The notes under the pieces were generated by a model. The model worked only from the letters and a program-made list of their open reading frames with translations, was not told where the DNA came from and did no database searches. A program made the position numbers and the translations under genes. Positions 27,620 through 36,585 of a DNA stretch of 50,465 nucleotides are shown one piece after another (within the stretch, counting starts at the first letter, position 1; every line of letters begins with the position of its first letter). Origin of the DNA: an uncultured Christensenella sp. (GTDB lineage Bacteria > Bacillota > Clostridia > Christensenellales > Aristaeellaceae); NCBI GenBank assembly GCA_964345845.1, contig CAYFSN010000001.1:11469-61933 (forward strand), read 5' to 3'.

Positions 27620-28684
27620 CTAAAACAACCGTAGGATATCGCGTATGTTAATCCAAATCATCAGCGCAAACAGCAACAGCATACCAATAGCATGTACATA
27701 ACCTTCGCGCTTAAAGGGTTTGCCCCGAATTGCTTCCACCAGCAAAAACAAGATGCGGCTGCCATCCAGCCCGGGAATGGGCAACAGGTTAAACAAACCC
27801 AGGTTGATGGATATCAAACACATCAGGAAAAGGTAACCCTGAAGCTGGCTTTCCTGGGTGGTCTGCACAATGGTTTGCGTAACCCCGACAATGCCTGCCA
27901 TGTCCCGGAAGCCTTCGCCCCTGAAAAACAAATTACCGATGGCCTGGAAAATGGAGGCTCCCGCCTGAACACTCATTTGATAGGCAGCATTGATTGTTTC
28001 AGACAGCGTTCCTTGTTTCCAGGTTTGCGGCGTATTTGTGAGCAGATTGACCCCTATCATGTAGCGCCCGGCTTCATCGCTGTACATGGGCGTCACTGTC
28101 AGCAATTCTTCCTTACCGGCTCGCTCCACCACCATTTCCATGGGGACAGCGCCTTCTTTGGTGGCAGCGTCAATGGCTTCAGTGACATTATCCCTGATCT
28201 CTACACCGTTGATCTCCCTGACAATATCAAAGGGCTTAAGCCCCGCATATTCTGCCGGGCTATTGGCGTTGACGGATTGAACAGACGTTACCGCGGGGCC
28301 TGTGATAGTCGGGATGCCGCTCAGCGCGTAGAAACCGACCGCAACCACAAACGCCATCAGCAAGTTCATCAAAGGGCCGGCCAAGATGGTCGTCAGACGC
28401 CGCCAAGCGCTGAAATTGCCGAAATAACGCGGGTCCTCCTTTGCTTCTTCACTGCCATCATCCTCCCCATAAAAGGCACAATAACCGCCCAAGGGGATGG
28501 CGCGAATAGCAAACTGTGTTTCGTGCTTTTTGCTTTTCCAGGATGCCAGTTTCAGCCCAAAGCCAATGGCGAACTCCCGCACGGGGATGCCGTTCAGCCG
28601 AGCCGCAAAAAAGTGTCCGGCTTCATGCACTGTAATCATGATGCCAAACATCAGCAGTGCAGCAATGATATAGAGAAAGGACAT
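27620..28684 (-). CDS. rseP: RIP site-2 metalloprotease RseP/RasP family
   Basis: HEAGHF zinc motif in TM1, a PDZ domain, and a C-terminal NLLPIPGLDG motif. Confidence 0.93.
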   Translation of the reverse strand: MSFLYIIAALLMFGIMITVHEAGHFFAARLNGIPVREFAIGFGLKLASWKSKKHETQFAIRAIPLGGYCAFYGEDDGSEEAKEDPRYFGNFSAWRRLTTILAGPLMNLLMAFVVAVGFYALSGIPTITGPAVTSVQSVNANSPAEYAGLKPFDIVREINGVEIRDNVTEAIDAATKEGAVPMEMVVERAGKEELLTVTPMYSDEAGRYMIGVNLLTNTPQTWKQGTLSETINAAYQMSVQAGASIFQAIGNLFFRGEGFRDMAGIVGVTQTIVQTTQESQLQGYLFLMCLISINLGLFNLLPIPGLDGSRILFLLVEAIRGKPFKREGYVHAIGMLLLFALMIWINIRDILRLF

Positions 28685-28693
28685 GGAACCTCC

Positions 28694-29851
28694 TTAGTGA
28701 GTAAGGGTTAGAATGTAGTCACTTGCTGCGCGGCGCGCTAGGCCATCCGCGTGAATGACCGCTTCCAGGCTATCCGCGGCGGAAACGGGCGTCTTGTTAA
28801 GCGCCGTATCAACCACGCGAAAGATATCGCCAAAGCGTATGCTGCCCGCTAGAAACGCTGCCACAGCAACCTCATTGGCAGCATTCAGCACACATGCGGC
28901 AGTTCCCCCTGTGCGCAGCGCGTGATACGCAAGGCTGATGGACGGAAACTTTTTGGTGTCCTGCTCTTCAAACGTGAGGGATTGCATGTCGGCAATGGTC
29001 ATGGGTGCAGCGCCGCCCGCCAACCGTTCGGGATAGCCCATTGCATACTGTATGGGTACCCGCATATCCGGTACACCCATTTGAGCAATGACGGCGCCAT
29101 CCGCGAACTCCACCATGGAATGAACAATGCTTTGCGGGTGCACCAACACGTCTATCTGTTCGGGTTGCGCGTCAAACAACCAGCGGGCCTCAATGACCTC
29201 CAGTGCCTTGTTGAACATGCTGGCCGAGTCAATGGTGATTTTGGCGCCCATGGACCACTTGGGGTGGTTCAGCGCTTCATCCACACTGGCACCATGCATT
29301 CGATTGATGTCCCAGTTGCGAAAGGGGCCTCCCGATGCGGTCAGCAGCAGCCGCCTAAATGGATTGCCGCCAGTCCCCTGCAAGCACTGCCAAATAGCAC
29401 TGTGCTCGCTATCAACAGGCAACAGTGTTGGCCGCTCTCCCAGTACAGTGCATTGGTCCATCACAAGCTGACCGCCCGCAACTAAAGCCTCTTTGTTGGC
29501 CAGCAGCACATCCTTACCCGTTTCGCGGGCAGCCAACACACTGCCAAGTCCCGCCATGCCCATCACTGAGACCAGCACGGCATCGCAGGCCACTTCCCGT
29601 GCCATATCGGCTATGGCACTTTTGCCAAAGTACCACTGACAAAAGCGCAGGTCTTGCGGAACTTCGCATTCACCAACACTGAGCGCGGCCGCTTGAGGCC
29701 GGTACTTTCGCACCTGCTTAAACAGCAGGTCCTTATTGCTGTGGGCGCTCAGACCGGCCACCGTGAAACGTTCCGAGTGCTGGTCAACCACCTGCAGCGC
29801 CTGCGTGCCGATGGAGCCGGTGGAACCCAGTATAACAAAACGCTTTCCCAT
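28694..29851 (-). CDS. dxr: 1-deoxy-D-xylulose 5-phosphate reductoisomerase
   Basis: ILGSTGSIGTQAL NADPH motif, LANKEALV, DSEHSAIWQCL and NAANEVAV. ATG at 29849-29851, one nt after the cdsA stop. Confidence 0.96.
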   Translation of the reverse strand: MGKRFVILGSTGSIGTQALQVVDQHSERFTVAGLSAHSNKDLLFKQVRKYRPQAAALSVGECEVPQDLRFCQWYFGKSAIADMAREVACDAVLVSVMGMAGLGSVLAARETGKDVLLANKEALVAGGQLVMDQCTVLGERPTLLPVDSEHSAIWQCLQGTGGNPFRRLLLTASGGPFRNWDINRMHGASVDEALNHPKWSMGAKITIDSASMFNKALEVIEARWLFDAQPEQIDVLVHPQSIVHSMVEFADGAVIAQMGVPDMRVPIQYAMGYPERLAGGAAPMTIADMQSLTFEEQDTKKFPSISLAYHALRTGGTAACVLNAANEVAVAAFLAGSIRFGDIFRVVDTALNKTPVSAADSLEAVIHADGLARRAASDYILTLTH

Positions 29852-29852
29852 G

Positions 29853-30662
29853 CTAAAACACAATCTGGTGATAGGCGAACACGAACACCGCTACAAACAA
29901 TATGGAATCCAGGCGGTCCAGCATGCCGCCATGCCCCGGGAAAATGGAGCCGAAGTCCTTAATGCCGCAATGACGTTTGATGATGGAGGCGAACAAGTCC
30001 CCCACCTGCCCGACCATACCGCCAACAAAACCCATTATAAGAAAGTGATAAAGTGCCGGCGGCGCAAAACCGAGGACGCTGGTCACAAGATAAATGGCGA
30101 TCCCCGTCAGTGTGCTCCCAGCCAGGCCGGCAACCGCGCCTTCAACCGTCTTCTTGGGGCTTACTTCCGGAATCAGCTTGGTCTTTCCATGCCGCACACC
30201 GATAAAGTAGGCCGCCGTATCCCCCATGACAGGCACGAAGAACACCAACGCAAGCAGCGTGCGTTGGAGGTTTAGGGGCAGGCGCACCATGGACAGCAAG
30301 CACATGCCCGGCAGCGCCACCACCAATAGCGGCAATACGCTGACCAGCATATCATCCAGCTTTGGCTTCTCGCCAAACAGGCATATCATGCACACAAACA
30401 AAAACGTAAAGTACACTACCGCAATCAGCGCACCAACCACGGCGCCTTCATTCAGCAGCAGGAAACAAGGAATGCTGACAAGCAAGGCGACCCACGTGGG
30501 CCAGGAAACGGGCCGATACTTGCCTGATAGCGCCGCGAACATTTCCGCCACAGCGATGAGCACGCATGCCGTCCACATGACAGCAAACACCCAACCGCTC
30601 ATGTATAGAGCAAATAGCAGAAGAATCAGCAAGCCAGCCCCTGTGACGATTCTTGTCATCAT
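29853..30662 (-). CDS. cdsA: phosphatidate cytidylyltransferase
   Basis: 269 aa polytopic protein with the C-terminal signature SIIKRHCGIKDFGSIFPGHGGMLDRLDS. Confidence 0.93.
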   Translation of the reverse strand: MMTRIVTGAGLLILLLFALYMSGWVFAVMWTACVLIAVAEMFAALSGKYRPVSWPTWVALLVSIPCFLLLNEGAVVGALIAVVYFTFLFVCMICLFGEKPKLDDMLVSVLPLLVVALPGMCLLSMVRLPLNLQRTLLALVFFVPVMGDTAAYFIGVRHGKTKLIPEVSPKKTVEGAVAGLAGSTLTGIAIYLVTSVLGFAPPALYHFLIMGFVGGMVGQVGDLFASIIKRHCGIKDFGSIFPGHGGMLDRLDSILFVAVFVFAYHQIVF

Positions 30663-31375
30663 GCGTTGCGGCCTCCAAATCTGCGTTCCCGGCTGGCATA
30701 TTCAGCCAGTGCAGCTTTATAGTCTTCCACCGTGAAGTCTGGCCACAACTGCGGAGGAAACAGCATTTCCGCGTAGGCATTCTGCCAGAGCAAAAAGTTG
30801 CTCAAGCGCATCTCTCCGCTTGTGCGAATCAGAAGGTCTACATCCGGTAAACCCGCTGTGTACAGGCGCGCATTGATGGCCTCCTCATTGATTGCATCAA
30901 CGCTCAATGTGCCTGCCACTACCTCCTGCGCCAGTTGCTTAGCCGCAAGCGCCAATTCCGCCCGGCCTCCGTAGTTGAGCGCAATGCTTAACTGCAGGCC
31001 ATCATTATCCGCTGTGCGGCGCTCCGCCGCCAACACCGATTCCTTGGGTGCAGCAGGCAAACCCTCCTTGTCGCCCAAGATGCGAATGCGCACATTGCGC
31101 TCGTCCAACTCATCGATTTCAGAGCGAAAGAACTCTACAATCAGGCTCATTAGTGCGCCAACCTCAGCTTGGGAGCGCCGCCAGTTCTCCGTGGAAAAAG
31201 CGTACAACGACAAGGCCGCAATGCCTGCATCGCTGCTGTAGCGGACAATCTCCCGCAATGCTTCCACACCCTGGCGATGGCCCAACGCCACAGCCAAGCT
31301 GTTCTTTTTTGCCCAGCGCCCATTGCCATCCATGATGATGGCTACATGGGCGGGTAACCTACTGGATGACTGCAT
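30659..31375 (-). CDS. uppS: isoprenyl transferase (undecaprenyl diphosphate synthase)
   Basis: HVAIIMDGNGRWA, YAFSTENWRR and IRTSGEMRLSNFLLWQ, the cis-prenyltransferase motifs. Confidence 0.96.
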   Translation of the reverse strand: MQSSSRLPAHVAIIMDGNGRWAKKNSLAVALGHRQGVEALREIVRYSSDAGIAALSLYAFSTENWRRSQAEVGALMSLIVEFFRSEIDELDERNVRIRILGDKEGLPAAPKESVLAAERRTADNDGLQLSIALNYGGRAELALAAKQLAQEVVAGTLSVDAINEEAINARLYTAGLPDVDLLIRTSGEMRLSNFLLWQNAYAEMLFPPQLWPDFTVEDYKAALAEYASRERRFGGRNA

Positions 31376-31577
31376 CCCGTTCTTCCTCTAAAGTATCCCA
31401 GAATCGTGCGACGATGAGCGTGTCACCGCGCACAGCCAGTACACGCGGTGTGCGCCATGGTTCATCACAACCAGGCCTGCCCGAATGCGTCCAGCGCACT
31501 TGATAGGGCAGGCCGTGTTGTTGAAGGGCTTTCTCCGCATCGGCAAGCGTCCAGCCAATGAGTTGCTGTGTGGTCAA
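31359..31577 (-). CDS. small hypothetical protein (72 aa), possibly a single PASTA-like domain
   Basis: The ORF fills the otherwise non-coding frr-uppS gap. Its TTG start overlaps the frr TGA stop (TTGA), and its 3' end overlaps the uppS start by 17 nt. LIGWTLADAEKALQQHGLPYQV resembles the start of PASTA/POTRA-like small domains. No family recognised with certainty. Confidence 0.45.
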   Translation of the reverse strand: MTTQQLIGWTLADAEKALQQHGLPYQVRWTHSGRPGCDEPWRTPRVLAVRGDTLIVARFWDTLEEERDAVIQ

Positions 31578-32131
31578 ATTTCCAGAATCTCTTTTTCCTT
31601 ATCAGCGGCCAATTTGTCAACATCTTTGACGGCGGCGTCGGTGACCTTTTGCAGTTCATCTTCCGCGCGACGCTGCTCATCTTCTGTGATGACAGCGTCC
31701 TTCTTCATCTTCTTAAACTGCTCCATCGCATCACGACGAATGGAACGCAGCGCGATTTTTGATTCCTCCGCGGCCTGGCTGACCCGCTTGCTCAGTTCCT
31801 TGCGGCGTTCTTCGTTTAGCTCCGGAACAATCAAGCGGATGACTTTGCCGTCATTGATTGGGTTCATACCCAAGTCACTTTTCTGAATAGCCTTTTCTAC
31901 CAGAGGGATAGCCTTCATATCCCACAGGGAGATGGTCAGCATGCGAGGTTCGGGGGCGTTGATGTTGGCCATCTGGCTCAGCGGTGTCATGGTGCCGTAG
32001 TAATCCACCATCACGCGATCCAGCAGCTGTGGGTTAGCCCTGCCAGCACGAAGCGATTGCATGTCGCGCTTGTACACCTCTTTTGTTTTTTCCATCTTTG
32101 CCTGTGCTTCTTTAATCACAGATTCGTACAT
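31574..32131 (-). CDS. frr: ribosome recycling factor
   Basis: MYESVIKEAQAKMEKTKEVYKRDMQSLRAGRANPQLLD...RSIRRDA is canonical Frr. AAGGAGG precedes the ATG at 32129-32131; the 32329 start in the ORF track is a spurious extension. Confidence 0.95.
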   Translation of the reverse strand: MYESVIKEAQAKMEKTKEVYKRDMQSLRAGRANPQLLDRVMVDYYGTMTPLSQMANINAPEPRMLTISLWDMKAIPLVEKAIQKSDLGMNPINDGKVIRLIVPELNEERRKELSKRVSQAAEESKIALRSIRRDAMEQFKKMKKDAVITEDEQRRAEDELQKVTDAAVKDVDKLAADKEKEILEI

Positions 32132-32207
32132 GTCGTTCGCCTCCTTATGTTTGTACACCTTGTAACTGGTTTGGGGTCTAATGGCAAGATTGCTTTGGCG
32201 TCCTGCC

Positions 32208-32245
32208 CACATAAGAACCGGGCGCCCGCAGAACGGACGCCCGGG
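32208..32245 (-). terminator. intrinsic terminator-like hairpin after rnfB (weak U tract)
   Basis: Minus strand has CCGGGCGTCCG-TTCTG-CGGGCGCCCGG (11 bp including one G-U pair) followed by TTCTTATGT. Confidence 0.55.
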
Positions 32246-32265
32246 AGGTATTATACTTTGTTTGA

Positions 32266-33066
32266 TTAGGCGCTCAGGGTAATGCACTGATTGGGGCATA
32301 CAGCGATACAAGCCTCGCACTGCGTGCACTTCGTTACGTCAATTTCCGCCAGGAAGTTGTTGACGTGGATGGCATCGTACTCGCATGCCCGCTCGCAGCG
32401 CTTGCAGCCAATGCAGGAGCGGCTGCAGCTTTCCATGGCAGGCTTCGGCATCTGCGTGTTCATGCAGCGCACCGTTACGGTGGCCGCGCGCGGCAGCAAC
32501 TTAATTAGATGGTTGGGGCACGCGGGCACGCAAGCACCGCAAGCTGTGCATTTTTCGGGATCAATAACGCAAAGATTGTTCTCAAAGGAGATGGCGTCAA
32601 ACTTGCATACGCGGAAACAATCGCCCAAGCCTACGCAAGCGGTAGGACACATTTTCGGTCCACCGGCAAGTTGCATGGCATGGTGACAACTGGTATGACC
32701 CTGATATTGCGCCTTATCCTTGGCGACACCATCGCCGCCCTGGCAGCGAATGCGCGCCACCATGGGATCTTCCACTTCGGCGTTTACGCCCATAATCTCC
32801 GCAAGCTTCGCCGCAGAGGCAGCACCACCGGGTGTGCATCCATTGACGGGTGCTTCCCCGCGTACAACCGCTTCAGAAAAAGGATCACAGCCAGGATAGC
32901 CGCACACGCCGCAGTTGGCGCCAGCCACGTTCGCACGCACCAGCTCCACCCTGGGGTCAACAGGTACATGGAAAATCTTCGCGGCAAGGCTCAGCAATGC
33001 GCCAAAGGCAACACCCAAACCACCCAGTACCGCAACAGCACTCAAAATTGCACTTGTATTCATCAT
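32266..33066 (-). CDS. rnfB: Rnf electron transport complex subunit B (polyferredoxin)
   Basis: N-terminal TM helix, then CGVCGYPGCDPF and four CxxCxxCxxxCP 4Fe-4S motifs. AAGGAGG precedes the ATG at 33064-33066. Confidence 0.9.
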   Translation of the reverse strand: MMNTSAILSAVAVLGGLGVAFGALLSLAAKIFHVPVDPRVELVRANVAGANCGVCGYPGCDPFSEAVVRGEAPVNGCTPGGAASAAKLAEIMGVNAEVEDPMVARIRCQGGDGVAKDKAQYQGHTSCHHAMQLAGGPKMCPTACVGLGDCFRVCKFDAISFENNLCVIDPEKCTACGACVPACPNHLIKLLPRAATVTVRCMNTQMPKPAMESCSRSCIGCKRCERACEYDAIHVNNFLAEIDVTKCTQCEACIAVCPNQCITLSA

Positions 33067-33073
33067 GTCCTCC

Positions 33074-33664
33074 TTACTTAACCAGTCCGGAGAAGCCCAG
33101 GAACGCAACGGCCATCAGGCCAGCGATGACCAGGCTGATGGAAAAGCCCTTGAATGCCTTGGGAATATCGGAGGTTTCGAGACGTTCACGTACACCCGCC
33201 ATCAGCACGATGGCCAGCAGGAAGCCCAGCGCACCAAACACGCCGCTCAGCACCGACTCCAGCAGGTTATAGCCGCTGCGCATGTTCAGCAGGGCAACAC
33301 CCAGCACCGCGCAGTTGGTGGTAATCAGCGGCAGATAGATGCCCAGCGCGCTGTATAGCGCCGGCATGGCCTTTTTCATGAACATTTCGACAAACTGCAC
33401 CAGTGCTGCAATAATCAGAATAAACGCGATGGTGTTCAGGTACACCAGGTCCAGCGGGACCAGGATGTACTCATAGGCGAGATAGGCGAACAGCGATGCC
33501 ACACCCATAACAAACGTAACCGCAACACCCATGTCGGTGGCTGTTTCCAGTTTGTTTGATACGCCCAGATAAGGACAGCTCCCCAGGAACCGGGAGAAAA
33601 TAAAGTTGTTGGTAAAGACGCAGTTAACAAAGAAAAGGAAAATACCAATGTCGTTTAGCCTCAT
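33074..33664 (-). CDS. rnfA: Rnf complex subunit A
   Basis: 196 aa with six TM helices and NNFIFSRFLGSCPYLGVS, the RnfA/NqrE-type motif. Confidence 0.92.
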   Translation of the reverse strand: MRLNDIGIFLFFVNCVFTNNFIFSRFLGSCPYLGVSNKLETATDMGVAVTFVMGVASLFAYLAYEYILVPLDLVYLNTIAFILIIAALVQFVEMFMKKAMPALYSALGIYLPLITTNCAVLGVALLNMRSGYNLLESVLSGVFGALGFLLAIVLMAGVRERLETSDIPKAFKGFSISLVIAGLMAVAFLGFSGLVK

Positions 33665-34296
33665 GCCGCCTGCACCTCCCTTTTCTTCGCTTTTGCCTGC
33701 CGGCGGTTGCCAATGGCATTAATGATGCCCAGCAGCAAGCCGTACATCAGGAACCCGCCCGGCGCCAGGATGAAAATCAGCACCGGCTCAAAGCCCGCGC
33801 CCATCACCTGCATGTTAAACAGGGTACCGGCACCCAGCAGTTCACGGAAACCGCCAATGAGGATAAGAGCCAGTGTGAAACCAAGGCCCATGCCAACGCC
33901 GTCCATTGCAGACGCGGCCACGCCATTCTTGCTGGCAAAGGCTTCCGCACGCGCCAGGATGATGCAGTTCACCACAATCAGCGGCAGGAAGATGCCCAGC
34001 GCATCGTACAAAGAGGGAATAAAGGCCTGCATCAACAACTGCACCATGGTGACGAACGTACAAATAACCACAATGAACGCGGGAATACGCACCTTGTCCG
34101 GAATGAAGTTGCGCAGCATGGAGATAACAGCGTTGGAGCCTACAAGCACCAGTGTTGCAGCCAAGCCCATGCCAACACCATTGATGGCACTGGTGGTTAC
34201 CGCGATGGTGGGGCAGGTGCCCAATACCAAGCGGAACACGGGGTTCTCGCCAAAGATACCATTGACGAAGATGCCGCGGAGATTGTTCTTAGACAT
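33661..34296 (-). CDS. rnfE: Rnf complex subunit E
   Basis: 211 aa with GENPVFRLVLGTCPTIAVTTS, the RnfE/NqrD-type motif. Confidence 0.92.
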   Translation of the reverse strand: MSKNNLRGIFVNGIFGENPVFRLVLGTCPTIAVTTSAINGVGMGLAATLVLVGSNAVISMLRNFIPDKVRIPAFIVVICTFVTMVQLLMQAFIPSLYDALGIFLPLIVVNCIILARAEAFASKNGVAASAMDGVGMGLGFTLALILIGGFRELLGAGTLFNMQVMGAGFEPVLIFILAPGGFLMYGLLLGIINAIGNRRQAKAKKREVQAA

Positions 34297-35245
34297 GCTT
34301 TTTCACCATCCCAAATACGCGTCGTTTGGTAAAGCGGTCAATTAGCGGTGTAACACAGTTCATCAGCAGGATGGCATAGGTCACACCCTCAGGATAGGCG
34401 CCGAAGTTGCGGATAATGACCACCATGACACCACAGCCTAAACCAAAGATACACTGACCAATCTTCTGCATGGGGTTGGTCACATAGTCTGTTGCCATGA
34501 ACACAGCGCCAAACAGCACGCCGCCAGACAGCAGTGCCACCAGCGGATCGCGGCCAATCAACCAAGAGAAAATGGCCACGGTGCCCAGGAAGAAGGTGGG
34601 GACATGCCAGGAGATGGCCTTGACCACCAGCAGATACAGCAGACCAATCAAAATGGCCAGCTTGCACACCTCACCGATGGAGCCAGGAATATTGCCCAGG
34701 AACAGGTCGGCCATGGGAATGCCGGGGTTGATGCCCAGCCCCTGCGGCACCAGCGGGGTCGCACCGCTTAACGTATCCACGCCAACAGCCGCCTCGGAAG
34801 TGCCCAGCACACGCTCAGGCAGCATAAAGGTGGTCATGCGTGCCGGCCAAGAAGCCAGCAGGAAAGCGCGGGCCAGCATAGCCGGGTTCATGAAGTTGTG
34901 GCCAAGGCCGCCAAATAGTTGCTTCACCAGGACGATGGCCACCACACTGCCGATCACAGGCAGCCACAGCGGCGCGCCGGAAGGCATGTTCAAACCAACA
35001 ATCAAGCCGGTGACCACGGCGGACAAATCGGTAATGGTGACCGTCTTCTTCATGGCCTTTTGCCAAACATACTCGCAAATAACCGCGGTAATAACGGCAG
35101 CGGCCAGCACCCAGGCCGCGTGCAACCCAAACAGGTAGACACCCGCAGCAGTGGTTGGCGCCAGGGCAATCAGAACATCCAGCATCAATGTCTGGGTGTT
35201 TTCCCTGGTCAGCAGATGAGGTCCGGCAGAAACGCGCAGGCTCAT
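34289..35245 (-). CDS. rnfD: Rnf complex subunit D (FMN attachment site SGAT present)
   Basis: 318 aa polytopic protein with SAGPH at the N-terminus and DTLSGATPL, the conserved flavinylated Thr motif of RnfD/NqrB. Confidence 0.93.
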   Translation of the reverse strand: MSLRVSAGPHLLTRENTQTLMLDVLIALAPTTAAGVYLFGLHAAWVLAAAVITAVICEYVWQKAMKKTVTITDLSAVVTGLIVGLNMPSGAPLWLPVIGSVVAIVLVKQLFGGLGHNFMNPAMLARAFLLASWPARMTTFMLPERVLGTSEAAVGVDTLSGATPLVPQGLGINPGIPMADLFLGNIPGSIGEVCKLAILIGLLYLLVVKAISWHVPTFFLGTVAIFSWLIGRDPLVALLSGGVLFGAVFMATDYVTNPMQKIGQCIFGLGCGVMVVIIRNFGAYPEGVTYAILLMNCVTPLIDRFTKRRVFGMVKKHV

Positions 35246-36567
35246 TGACTATTCCTCCTTGCAGCAAGAATATCCTTTGCTTCTTTGAACACAGGCGTCA
35301 GGTAGCGATGCGCCGGACAAATGTAAGAGCACGCGCCGCAGACAATGCAGTCATTCACGTTCATCTTTTCCATTTCGTCAATGCGGCCCAGCTCGTACTG
35401 ATTGGCCAATTGATAGGGGTTCAAACCGCTGGGGCATGCTTCAATGCAGCGTCCGCAGCGGATGCAGTTGCTCGGCTCCTGAAGCTTCGCCTGCTTTTCA
35501 TTGAGCACAACGATGCCGTTGTTGGCCTTGGTCATGCTAAGTGTATCGTTGGGCAGTGCCAGCCCGGTCATGCTGCCGCCGGCAAAAATCTTGCCCGGGG
35601 TTTCGGCATACCCGCCGCAGGCCTCAATGGCGTCAGACACCAAGGTACCGATGCGCACCAACAGGTTGGACGGCTCTTTTACAATACCGGTCACTGTGGT
35701 AACACGGGAGATGAGGGGTTTCCCCTCTTCTACCGCATCGGTAATTGCGGCAGCCGTGCCCACGTTCAAGACGACAACGCCGATATCCATCGGCAAACCG
35801 CCAGAGGGCACTTCCTTGCCTGTGATGGCCTTGATAAGCTGCTTTTCACCGCCCTGCGGGTACTTGGTCTTCAATACAGCCACTTCAACGCCTTGCTTGC
35901 CCTCGCTTGCTTGCTTGACCGCCGCGATGGCATCGGGCTTGTTGTCCTCAATGCCAATGAAGCCGCGGGAGACGTTCATGGCGCGCATAACGGCCCGCAG
36001 GCCCTTGACCACGCGCTCCGGCTGTTCCACCATCAGGCGGTGGTCACTGGTAAGGAAGGTCTCGCACTCGGCGCCATTGAGAATAATGGTATCAATGGGC
36101 TTATCTTGCGGAGGCGTTAGTTTAACGTGGGTGGGGAAGCACGCACCGCCCAGGCCACAGATGCCCGCGTCCTTGATGGCGGCCACAATCCTGTCAGCGG
36201 CGGCTGTTTCTACATCACCCAAGGGGTTCAGCGCCGTCCATTCATCCTGTCCATCACTCTGAATGGTGATGCACATGGCGCTTTTTGGCCCCAGCATTTG
36301 CTTATCGGCAACTACCGTAACTTCGCCCGATACACTCGCGTGCACCGGCAGGCCAAGCCCGCCTTGCGGCTCAGCGATCACCTGGCCAAGAAGCACTTTG
36401 TCGCCCTTCTTGACGATGGGTTTGCTGTGCGCGCCAATGTGCATATTGACGGGAATGCAGACTGTTTGGGGCACCAGGGGTTTGATGGGCAATGCGCGTG
36501 TCGCGTTCTTGCCTTCCTGTACCTCGTGCAGCGGATGAATGCCGCCGCGGAAACTGAGTTTTCTCAA
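35242..36567 (-). CDS. rnfC: Rnf complex subunit C (NADH/FMN-binding, 2x4Fe-4S)
   Basis: 441 aa with GGIHP at the N-terminus, a GLGGACFPTHVK-type glycine-rich nucleotide-binding motif, ILNGAECE, and CIRCGRCIEACP...CIVCGACSYICP. Confidence 0.95.
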   Translation of the reverse strand: MRKLSFRGGIHPLHEVQEGKNATRALPIKPLVPQTVCIPVNMHIGAHSKPIVKKGDKVLLGQVIAEPQGGLGLPVHASVSGEVTVVADKQMLGPKSAMCITIQSDGQDEWTALNPLGDVETAAADRIVAAIKDAGICGLGGACFPTHVKLTPPQDKPIDTIILNGAECETFLTSDHRLMVEQPERVVKGLRAVMRAMNVSRGFIGIEDNKPDAIAAVKQASEGKQGVEVAVLKTKYPQGGEKQLIKAITGKEVPSGGLPMDIGVVVLNVGTAAAITDAVEEGKPLISRVTTVTGIVKEPSNLLVRIGTLVSDAIEACGGYAETPGKIFAGGSMTGLALPNDTLSMTKANNGIVVLNEKQAKLQEPSNCIRCGRCIEACPSGLNPYQLANQYELGRIDEMEKMNVNDCIVCGACSYICPAHRYLTPVFKEAKDILAARRNSQ

Positions 36568-36585
36568 AAGTTCATCCCGCCTTTC

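Noticed and set aside
27692-28711. 339-aa plus-strand ORF opposite rseP
   Set aside because: Antisense shadow ORF. The same applies to 42409-43575 (opposite ftsK), 45356-46507 (opposite the M16 peptidase), 47659-48690 (opposite pnp), 35155-36120 (opposite rnfC) and 11371-12541 (opposite capA-like/fhs).
32132-32329. 66-codon N-terminal extension of frr
   Set aside because: It has no homology to Frr and spans the rnfB terminator hairpin. AAGGAGG-ATG at 32131 gives the canonical MYESVIKEA... N-terminus.
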